Shown here piece after piece: positions 10,461 through 18,194 of a stretch of 64,000 bases of DNA (the first letter of the stretch is position 1; the number at the start of each line of letters is the position of its first letter). The notes beneath the pieces were generated by a model that saw nothing but the letters and a program-made list of their open reading frames with translations, searched no databases and was not told the origin of the DNA. The stretch is taken from positions 1,088,001 to 1,152,000 of the forward strand of contig OY970166.1 of the NCBI GenBank assembly GCA_963706595.1. The letters run 5' to 3'. This stretch comes from an uncultured cyanobacterium (GTDB taxonomy: Bacteria; Cyanobacteriota; Cyanobacteriia; Cyanobacteriales; Nostocaceae). The position numbers were made by a program, and so were the translations under genes.

Positions 10461-10567
10461 GTCAATCTGTCCTCCCGATTGCGGTAAAGTGGCAAATATA
10501 GCAATGGATAAGGGCGTTAGGATATACACTGATAATAAAACTTAGACACCAAGATGCTGTGAGTATC

Positions 10568-10630
10568 GGTAGGGGCGGGTTCATAGATATCATTCAACAT
10601 CAACGAGGATATTAGTAAACCCGCCCCTAC
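10568..10630. repeat. REP-like GTAGGGGCGGGTT...AACCCGCCCCTAC inverted repeat
   Basis: 13-bp arms with GTAG ends; related GTAG palindromes at ~35466-35493, ~42453-42532 and ~57614-57645. Confidence 0.75.
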
Positions 10631-10710
10631 TGTGAATTTGTTTTGGAATTTTGTCATGTCCTAAGCGCCCTGTCCGTTGCACATAACGGTGCATCTAGGA
10701 GGAAAATTTT

Positions 10711-11718
10711 GTGAAAGCAGTTTTAATGACAGCAGCTGGTAGTCCTGAAGTTCTGCAATTACAGGATGTGCCAAAACCTACTTTACCTTTAGGAAATAGT
10801 GAGCTTTTAGTCCGTTTAGTAGCGGCTGGTGTTAACCCCATTGATATAAAACTCCGTCAGCGAGGCACTTTTTATCCTGAGCAAATGCCGGCGATTTTAG
10901 GCTGTGATGGTGCTGGAATTGTTGAGGCTGTGGGTGTTGGTGTTGAAAGATTTCGCGTAGGTGATGAGGTGTTTTTTTGCTATGGTGGCTTGGGCGCACA
11001 TCAGGGTAATTACGCTGAATATACTGTAGTTGATGAAAGGTTTGTGGCACGTAAACCGGCTTCAGTCTCTTTTGCAGAAGCCGCCGCAGCGCCTCTGGTA
11101 TTAATTACTGCGTGGGAAGCTTTGTATGAACGGGGGAGGTTAGCACCTGGAGAACGGGTGTTAATTCATGCGGGTGCTGGTGGTGTTGGTCATGTAGCGA
11201 TACAATTAGCAAAACTGAAGGGTGCTTCTGTCTGCACTACTGTGAGTTCTCAGGAAAAGGCTAATTTTGTGAAAGCACTCGGTGCTGATGAGGTAATTTT
11301 TTACAAAGAAACAGATTTTGTCAATGCGGTGTTAAGTTGGACTGGTGGTGAAGGTGTAGATTTAGCTTTTGATACTGTGGGCGGTGAAACTTTTCACAAA
11401 ACTTTTCCGGCTGTGCGGGTATATGGGGATATTGTGACGATTCTGGAACCAAAGGCTGATACTGTTTGGAAGGCTGCTAGATTACGTAATCTCCGCGTTG
11501 GGTTGGAATTAATGCTGACTCCGATGTTGGAAGGTTTGGAGGAGTGTCTGAAGCATCATGGGGAAATTTTGGCGCAGTGTGCTACTTGGATGGATGAAGG
11601 GAAGTTGAAAGTTGAGGTGAGTCATCGCTTTCCTTTGGCGGAAGCGGCTCAGGCTCATCAAGTTCTTGAGTCTGGTGCGATGATTGGTAAGGTTGTTCTG
11701 TTAATGAGTGATGAGTGA
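10711..11718 (+). CDS. MDR family NADPH:quinone oxidoreductase / zinc-type alcohol dehydrogenase-like protein
   Basis: AAGVNPID, LGCDGAGIV, G.YAEY, VLIHAGAGGVGHVAIQLAK and GKVVL motifs. Confidence 0.92.
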   Translation: MKAVLMTAAGSPEVLQLQDVPKPTLPLGNSELLVRLVAAGVNPIDIKLRQRGTFYPEQMPAILGCDGAGIVEAVGVGVERFRVGDEVFFCYGGLGAHQGNYAEYTVVDERFVARKPASVSFAEAAAAPLVLITAWEALYERGRLAPGERVLIHAGAGGVGHVAIQLAKLKGASVCTTVSSQEKANFVKALGADEVIFYKETDFVNAVLSWTGGEGVDLAFDTVGGETFHKTFPAVRVYGDIVTILEPKADTVWKAARLRNLRVGLELMLTPMLEGLEECLKHHGEILAQCATWMDEGKLKVEVSHRFPLAEAAQAHQVLESGAMIGKVVLLMSDE

Positions 11719-11774
11719 TTGAATTTTTTTTTAAACGCAAAGGGGCGCGGAGGGAACCGCAAAGGGGCGCAGAG

Positions 11775-13952
11775 ATGAAATTATATTTATCTCTGCGTTG
11801 GGTTTGTATGTATGTCTGCGTTATATTAGTTCTACTTTTCTTTTCTTTACCTGCTGGGGCGATCGCAAGTCAACCAGAACGCACTTCTTTAAGTCTGGAG
11901 TTGTTGCAGGAACGATTGCAAGCTCCGGTAATTCGTGAGGGTAATTTGACTGTGGATTTACGGGATATGGTGATTGATTTGCGACCAGAAAATAGGGAAT
12001 TTCGGGATGAGTTTTACCAGTTGCTACGAAAGGAGTTACAAAAGTCGGGGACGAAACCTTTGGGTTTAGACTTGAGTAATTCTCTGATTCAGGGGAATTT
12101 TGTGGGTAGCGATTTGGGTTTGAGAACTCCTCTCTATGCTCCTATTTTGACGAGTGGTGAACAAGCCCAATTGTCACGTTTGCGTTTTGTTTGTTTGCAG
12201 TCTTTAGGAATCGCTTTACCTAATTCTAAGGACTGTCGCGCCCTTTTGGGAAGTCAGCCGACAGCATCTAGTGAAATCAACATCTTTCGTGGTTCTTTAA
12301 TTCTAGTAAAAACTCGCTTTAATGGGGAAGTACAGTTTCCTAATACTTTCTTTTTTCAGCCTGTGAATGCCAAAAATGCTATTTTTTTACAAGCTACTAA
12401 CTGGGCTGAAACTAGGTTTAGCCGTTCGGTACGTTTCACTGGGGCTAATTTTCGGCAATTAAGTAATTTTCAAACGAGTGTTTTTTTTGAGAAGGTTAAT
12501 TTTGAGCAGGTGCAATTTCAGGAAAGGGCTGATTTCCAAGATAGCACTTTTGAAGAGTCTACTAAATTTAATGAGGCTAGTTTTCAGCAATCAGCTAAAT
12601 TTAATCGGGCGCAATGGCGAGGGAATATTGATTTTTCTGGTGTGCAATTTGCTGATACTGCACAGTTTACTCAGGCGAATTTTTATCAGGATGTTTCGCT
12701 CACGGAAGCTATTTTTGAGCAAGCTGTAATTTTTCAAGAAGCTATTTTTAAGCAAGCTGTAAATTTACGTGGGGCTAGTATTTTTAACCAAGCCGATTTT
12801 AGCGATGCGCGGTTTGCTAAAGAGGCTTTTTTAAATGTCCCTGGTTTAACTTTTAATTCTAACCAAGGCAAGATTTTAGGAAATCCCGGCGAAATTGGCA
12901 AGATGTTTCGTGTTCCGACTTCCCAAGGGAATCAAAGTATTTTGCGGAATTTGGGGCAGAATTTCCGTCAGCAGCAGCAAATAGCGGATGCTAATCAGTT
13001 GGAGTATACAAAACAAAAACTGCAATTGCGGGAGTTAAGCCATCGTTTGGTGGATTGGAATATTAATAATGTTACGCAAAAAAGTTTGATTAATTTGGGT
13101 TTTAGTGTGGCTCAGGCGGATGCGATCGCACATCGTCGGATGATTGAACCATTTCGCAATAGCAGCGACTTATTAAGTTTACCAGATATCGATTTAGAAA
13201 CATACAATCAATTGAGCGATCGCCTCGTAATTGCTGAACCTCTTTCCCCTGGTAGTTGGTTCTTACAAGCTGCAAGATGGTTGGCTTTGAGTGTACTATT
13301 GTTGCTTAGTGGCTATGGTACCAGCTTTTGGTTAGTCTTTGGCGTGGGCGGAGTCGCGATCGCTTACTTCGGCGGTTTATTTTGGCTTGTTGATCGCTAT
13401 CGCCGTTTACATCCAGTAGCAATTATTCCTACATACCATGAAACTATGTGGATGTTCACTGGTTTCAGTATTTTAACCCTCTTGAGTTTATTAGCTATCT
13501 TTCGTAATGCTGAACAACCTTGGCTGACTCTCGCTTGTCTTTTAATAATTATTGTCCCCTTACCGATAACTTTATTAATCCGACTTTACCAACAAGGCCG
13601 CTATCACGATTTAATGGATATTTCTTATTTCACAGAAGACGGTACTTTCCGGCAATTACGCTTATTAATTGGACGATTACCAGTCATCCCAAGATATCAA
13701 ATGTTTCGGGAACGATATATGCATTTGTTATGGAATCGCCGTTGGAACTGGCTGAATTATTACGATTTTAGTTTGAACAATTTAGTCAGGCTAGGATTTA
13801 ACGATATTCGCCTGCGAGATGAACATTTACCGGGTATCATCGCCACACTTGCTTGGTATCAGTGGAGTTTGGGTATACTTTACATTACCCTAGTCTTGTG
13901 GACTCTTTCTCGCACTATTCCCGGATTAAATTTACTAATTTATCTCAAGTAA
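11775..13952 (+). CDS. pentapeptide-repeat membrane protein with a helix-hairpin-helix-like segment and C-terminal transmembrane region
   Basis: Many A.F..A.F pentapeptide repeats; NINN.....L..LG....A.AI...R...PF....DL segment; hydrophobic C-terminus. Start uncertain because the first 20 codons of the ORF are repeat DNA. Confidence 0.8.
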   Translation: MKLYLSLRWVCMYVCVILVLLFFSLPAGAIASQPERTSLSLELLQERLQAPVIREGNLTVDLRDMVIDLRPENREFRDEFYQLLRKELQKSGTKPLGLDLSNSLIQGNFVGSDLGLRTPLYAPILTSGEQAQLSRLRFVCLQSLGIALPNSKDCRALLGSQPTASSEINIFRGSLILVKTRFNGEVQFPNTFFFQPVNAKNAIFLQATNWAETRFSRSVRFTGANFRQLSNFQTSVFFEKVNFEQVQFQERADFQDSTFEESTKFNEASFQQSAKFNRAQWRGNIDFSGVQFADTAQFTQANFYQDVSLTEAIFEQAVIFQEAIFKQAVNLRGASIFNQADFSDARFAKEAFLNVPGLTFNSNQGKILGNPGEIGKMFRVPTSQGNQSILRNLGQNFRQQQQIADANQLEYTKQKLQLRELSHRLVDWNINNVTQKSLINLGFSVAQADAIAHRRMIEPFRNSSDLLSLPDIDLETYNQLSDRLVIAEPLSPGSWFLQAARWLALSVLLLLSGYGTSFWLVFGVGGVAIAYFGGLFWLVDRYRRLHPVAIIPTYHETMWMFTGFSILTLLSLLAIFRNAEQPWLTLACLLIIIVPLPITLLIRLYQQGRYHDLMDISYFTEDGTFRQLRLLIGRLPVIPRYQMFRERYMHLLWNRRWNWLNYYDFSLNNLVRLGFNDIRLRDEHLPGIIATLAWYQWSLGILYITLVLWTLSRTIPGLNLLIYLK

Positions 13953-14090
13953 TGTGCAACATCAAACTAAGATAAATTACTTCATGCAGAGACATAAGAT
14001 AAATCCCATACTAGGGGTAGTGTTACGCAATCTGCGATAGATGCAAACTTAATAGTATAGTTTAGCTGTGTTCTACTCCAGAAGACATTT

Positions 14091-14480
14091 ATGATTGACC
14101 ATATTGGGATTAACGTTAGTGACTTTGAGCATAGCAAGAATTTTTATGCCGTTGCCTTAGCTCCATTGGGATATGAGTTAGTCAAAGAGTACGATCATAC
14201 CGCAACTGGGATTAAATATGCAGCTGGTTTTGGCAGAGATGGAAAAGCTGACTTTTGGATTGTTGATGGGGAAGTCAACATTCCACAAATTCATGTAGCT
14301 TTCACAGTTGAATCCTGCGAGAAGGTTAACGCTTTTTACACAAATGCGATCAATGAGGGTGGTAGAGATAATGGCGCACCAAGTTGGCGATCGCATTATT
14401 ACCATTCCCAATACTATGGAGCGTTGGTTTTAGATCCAGATGGTCACAACATTGAAGCAGTATGTTATGCACTGTCATAA
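14091..14480 (+). CDS. VOC/glyoxalase family protein
   Basis: MIDHIGINVSD, HVAF, GG.DNGAP and YYGA.V.DPDGHNIEAVC motifs. Confidence 0.93.
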   Translation: MIDHIGINVSDFEHSKNFYAVALAPLGYELVKEYDHTATGIKYAAGFGRDGKADFWIVDGEVNIPQIHVAFTVESCEKVNAFYTNAINEGGRDNGAPSWRSHYYHSQYYGALVLDPDGHNIEAVCYALS

Positions 14481-14510
14481 TCAGTAATGTAAAGGTAGCA
14501 CTCAAACGGA

Positions 14511-15242
14511 AGCGATCGCCTCGTAATTGCTGATTATATAAGGTACTCTTAGCCCCCTCATCGCTTGCGGGGAGGGGGTTGGGGGTGGGGTTCTTGTACC
14601 TCATAACACCGGGAAGTGCTGTATTGTCTGGTTTTAGCTTTTTAACACTCTTTAGCTTATTAGCCATCTTCCGTAATGCTGAACAACCTTGGCGGACACT
14701 AGTACAAGTCGGCGTAAATAAACACACCATTCAAAATCCATGAAAAGCCCATTTTATAAGCTTTTTGACTTTTGACTTTTGACTTTTGACTTTTGACTTT
14801 TGACTTCCGCCTTGCGGTACTAGGGTGTCTTTTAATAATTATTGTTCCCTTACCTGTAATTTTATTAATGCGACTTTATCAACAAGGCCGCTATCACAAT
14901 TTAATTGATGTTTCTTATTTCACAGAAGATGGTACTTTTCGACAATTAAGATGATTAATTGGGCGATTACCAGTCATACCTAGAAATCAGACATTCCGCG
15001 AACGATATATGCCTCTTTGATGGAATAGTCGTTGGAATTGGTTAAATTACTACGACTTTAGCCTGAACAACTTAGTCAAATTAGGATTTAATGATATTTG
15101 CCTGCGAGATGAACACTTATCCGGTATCATCTCCACACTTGCGTGGTATCAGTGGAGTTTGGGAGTAATTTAGATCACCCTAGTCTTGTGGACTCTTTCT
15201 CGCACTATACCCGGATTGAATTTACTGATGTATCTCAAGTAA
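14511..15242 (+). pseudogene. diverged, disrupted duplicate of the 3' part of the pentapeptide-repeat gene
   Basis: 14511-14533 equals 13215-13237; ~14628-15242 aligns to ~13459-13952 with many substitutions, stops at 15018 (TGA) and 15171 (TAG), and repeat insertions. Confidence 0.9.
14699..14823. mobile_element. MITE-like insertion with CTAGTAC...GTACTAG ends, containing (TTTTGAC)n
   Basis: Interrupts the duplicated coding sequence at a CTAG; absent from the intact copy at ~13530. Confidence 0.8.
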
Positions 15243-15294
15243 TATCTGCGCTATTCTTGCCTATAGATCCAAATTTATTGTGCCATCACAGTAT

Positions 15295-15621
15295 TCAGTT
15301 ACTAGTGTAATTAGTCACAATAATTGCAGTATAAGTATTAAAACTAAAGGAGCGAGATGTTTCGTTATCAGTTCTGGCGAAGGATTTAGCTCGTGCAGAT
15401 GCTACGCCAATAGTCAGGTTTGGGAAATCTCTCACCGTTGATCGAGTGTAAGTATCAGTAGCAGTCTGACGACCTCTAGCAGATGCTATAGCAGTATAGC
15501 CCAAAGATTCAGGCTCTCTGGAGATAGAGGTTTCAGCATAGGTATTACCACCTTTTACAGTATTAGTCTCAGCAACTAGCTGTATATAACTTAAGTCTGC
15601 AATGATTAGTCGCTTTTTCAC
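15295..15621 (-). CDS. double-glycine-leader secreted peptide precursor C (Ser/Thr/Ala/Arg-rich core)
   Basis: Leader ..LIIADLSYIQLVAETNTVKGG; AAGGAAG RBS before the GTG start. Confidence 0.8.
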   Translation of the reverse strand: MKKRLIIADLSYIQLVAETNTVKGGNTYAETSISREPESLGYTAIASARGRQTATDTYTRSTVRDFPNLTIGVASARAKSFARTDNETSRSFSFNTYTAIIVTNYTSN

Positions 15622-15656
15622 AACTTCCTTAATTTAGTAAATTGGGGTCATTTTTT

Positions 15657-15800
15657 CCAACTGGATCGGCGATTTTCTGCCCACTAATGATTTGTGAATA
15701 TGGGTAAATTCTCGCCGCCAACCAGTTGCTGTGTTGAATGCTTCGTAGTTGTTAGCCTAACTATGAATTACAACTTAATTAGATAGACTACGAAGCAAAT
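15657..15800 (-). other. two long imperfect stem-loops between precursor genes B and C
   Basis: CAACTGG..CGGCGA..GCCCA pairs with TGGGT..TCGCCG..CCAGTTG; TGCTTCGTAGT pairs with ACTACGAAGCA. Confidence 0.6.
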
Positions 15801-15814
15801 CAACAAGTTGTTAT

Positions 15815-16156
15815 TTATAAGCTAATCAAAGCAGCAGAACTACTAGATGAGAAGGAATTACCGTAGTAATCTGTAACAGCCAATGTGTCTGCCTTAGTGT
15901 AGCTATAAGCATGATATTCACCAACATCTGCTACACCTTTAGCACCAGCAGAAGCACTGATGTTATGAACATCTTCAGGTGCTTTGATGATTGTTGTAAA
16001 TTTATTTGTGGTATCGAATGTAGTTTCTACTTTGTCATTTTGATAGTAGGATAAATTCCGATTGCCCCTATCTCTTTTCCCTTTTTTCTCACCACCACCT
16101 TGAATTTTAGATGCTTCTTGAATATTTTCTAAAATGCTTAAATCAGAAATGTTCAT
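15815..16156 (-). CDS. double-glycine-leader secreted peptide precursor B
   Basis: Leader MNISDLSILENIQEASKIQGG; charged N-terminal core followed by an Ala/Ser/Thr/Tyr-rich core. Confidence 0.85.
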   Translation of the reverse strand: MNISDLSILENIQEASKIQGGGEKKGKRDRGNRNLSYYQNDKVETTFDTTNKFTTIIKAPEDVHNISASAGAKGVADVGEYHAYSYTKADTLAVTDYYGNSFSSSSSAALISL

Positions 16157-16217
16157 GATTTATTCTTAGTAATTTTCTAGTTGGTTTAGGGATTTTATTA
16201 TAACCAATTCGCTTTGA

Positions 16218-16240
16218 TTGGCTATGTTTATATAATAGCT
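16218..16240 (-). promoter_or_regulatory. putative -10 element plus conserved AAACATAGCCAA motif upstream of precursor B
   Basis: The same 12-mer, preceded by a TAtnnT-like hexamer, occurs upstream of precursor A (16904-16915). Confidence 0.55.
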
Positions 16241-16605
16241 AATTACCTCAAGAAAGTAACTGATTTATTTTTTGTTTTTACCGAAAAATAATTCAAATAA
16301 TTATTTTTATATACTCAATTTATAGGCAAATCTTTGCAGTTTAGTTTAGTAAGTTTCGATATTTTGAATGAAAATAAAAAAATATTGCTGGAACGCTTTT
16401 TAGCTATTCCAACAATATTTGTACTGCCTGATTACAATATGAAATTGACGGGCTTAATCTCAATCATAGGAGAACTACAAGCAAAGATTAAGTTAAAAAT
16501 CCAGACAAAACCCAACCAAAAATGGTTTTATTTATTCTGAGAATCGGGATCAATTTCAAATTGCTGACAGTTTTTTTTGCCAATTGTACTATTTCTTGCA
16601 GTCCA

Positions 16606-16857
16606 TTAAGAGATACTAATCTTTGGCACTACTGTAACTTTAACCTCAGTTTCTTGTGTGATTTTGAAGGTATCATTATCATTTGTGTTGCTAGTATATT
16701 TCTTACTTTCATCATTATCTTTAGTGTATTTTCTGTCGCCATTATTCTTCTTAGTGTATTTTTCTTCTTCCTGACGTTTATTATTTTTCCAACCACAACC
16801 ACCAATAACATTTGCTGCTGTAACGGTTTCTAAGATGTTTAAATCAGAAATGAACAT
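16606..16857 (-). CDS. double-glycine-leader secreted peptide precursor A (three KYT repeats)
   Basis: Leader MFISDLNILETVTAANVIGG; CAGGAGA RBS. Confidence 0.85.
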   Translation of the reverse strand: MFISDLNILETVTAANVIGGCGWKNNKRQEEEKYTKKNNGDRKYTKDNDESKKYTSNTNDNDTFKITQETEVKVTVVPKISIS

Positions 16858-16903
16858 TGAGTTTCTCCTGGGTTATTTACTGTTTTCTAGCCGTCTTTTG
16901 TGT

Positions 16904-16926
16904 TTGGCTATGTTTTTAATATATCC
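16904..16926 (-). promoter_or_regulatory. putative -10 element plus conserved AAACATAGCCAA motif upstream of precursor A
   Basis: Matches the motif upstream of precursor B. Confidence 0.55.
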
Positions 16927-17030
16927 GATTATTCAACTAAGTCAATATCTCATGCAACATCTTTTTTTTGAAAAATAATATTAATAGATGGTGCAATTTA
17001 ATATATTTCTAATAACCTATTCACGCCAAA

Positions 17031-17057
17031 TTTAGGCAATATAATATATTGCCTAAA
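17031..17057. promoter_or_regulatory. perfect 13-1-13 palindrome, possible operator
   Basis: TTTAGGCAATATA-A-TATATTGCCTAAA. Confidence 0.4.
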
Positions 17058-17206
17058 AACAGGAGTTTTTAAATAAATTAATTTTTATCCGGGATTAAAC
17101 AGTGTACAAGCACTATTTATTAGCCATCAGCCAATACACTTTGGTTAAGGCTAACTTTTTTTAAGCGAACCTCAGAGCCGAGAGGCCACAGAGTGTTACA
17201 TACTTA

Positions 17207-17328
17207 TACCAATTCTGTATGAAGATGCGCTGAATTATATGAGTAACGTTAGCGTAGCCTGCGCGTAGCGCATACCGCAAAGGATACAAAGAAAGAAATT
17301 CAGCGCAGCTTTACATAGAAAGGGTATT
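17207..17328. repeat. MITE-like inverted-repeat element carrying a 27-nt SDR-like insert
   Basis: ATACC.ATTCTGTATGAAG.TGCGCTGAATT and AATTCAGCGCAGCTTTACATAGAAAGGGTAT arms. Confidence 0.65.
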
Positions 17329-17361
17329 AGGTTTATTTGTGCCTACTTACTTAACTATAAA

Positions 17362-18141
17362 TTAGGTCTGCGTCAGCAATTCTTTCGGTGACTGTATCGT
17401 ATCTGCATCTAGCTGAGTAATTATTTCTATAGCATCAATTTGTTGCTTTAACCAACCAGTAAATAATTCTGTAATGATTTTTTCGCGTAAGGATTCATCT
17501 AATTGGGGTTGACTAATTTCTTCTACCCAAATTAAGTACACTTCTTTTGTAGTCGCAATTGGCTTGAGAATCTGCGGTGGAGTTGCAGCAAATACAGCAG
17601 CAGCAATTTCTGGGCGAAAATCTTTACGGTGTCGCCGTCCCTGATATCCATAAGTACCCCGATGTTCTGATTCGGGGATATATAGACGAGCAATTTCTGG
17701 AAAACTAATTTCTCCTTCTTCCACCGCATAAAACATTTCTAAAGCCAAGTCTTGATCATCAAAAATCACTTGATATGTTATGGCGGTGATATAATCTAGT
17801 TGATGTTCATAAAAGAATCGTTCCACTTGGGAATTAAATAGAAAATTTGCTAACTTTTTGGCAAGAATTTGGTTGTGGACTAATTCTTCAAACTCATTCA
17901 CAGAAAGATAGTTTTTCTCTAGCCATGTTAATGTATCTTGGGCTTTTACAAGCTTCTTAGCTAAACGTAATTTATCTCCTTCTTCCTGTATTTCTTCTGG
18001 TGTGACTGTAATTCCTGAGCGCTGGGCTACTTCTGCAATAATCTTTTGTGATGCGATCGCCTCTAAAAGAACAGGAACCTGCGATGATAGTTTCAGGCTG
18101 TGAATGATGTCTGAACTAGAAATAGACAAAATTTGAGTCAT
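17362..18141 (-). CDS. parvulin/SurA-PrsA-like peptidylprolyl isomerase of a T1SS peptide cluster
   Basis: GI.VT.EEIQ..GD..R, F.EIAR.Y, G..G......RPEIAAAVFAA.P..ILKPI.T; adjacent to HlyD and C39-ABC genes. Confidence 0.85.
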   Translation of the reverse strand: MTQILSISSSDIIHSLKLSSQVPVLLEAIASQKIIAEVAQRSGITVTPEEIQEEGDKLRLAKKLVKAQDTLTWLEKNYLSVNEFEELVHNQILAKKLANFLFNSQVERFFYEHQLDYITAITYQVIFDDQDLALEMFYAVEEGEISFPEIARLYIPESEHRGTYGYQGRRHRKDFRPEIAAAVFAATPPQILKPIATTKEVYLIWVEEISQPQLDESLREKIITELFTGWLKQQIDAIEIITQLDADTIQSPKELLTQT

Positions 18142-18194
18142 GATTCAATCCTTGTAGTAATTTTGCTATTTTTTGATGGCTCTACAAGCAATGA

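Noticed and set aside
10228..10545. 105-aa ORF
   Set aside because: Runs antisense through a REP-like palindrome and the IS605 mini-element; probably spurious.
14350..14730. 126-aa minus-strand ORF
   Set aside because: Crosses the VOC gene end, a repeat and the pseudogene; not a coherent gene.
16334..16833. plus-strand ORFs 16334-16540 and 16522-16833, and alternate-frame 16629-16811
   Set aside because: Antisense or overlapping to precursor A, or AT-rich intergenic; precursor A has the RBS and the conserved leader.
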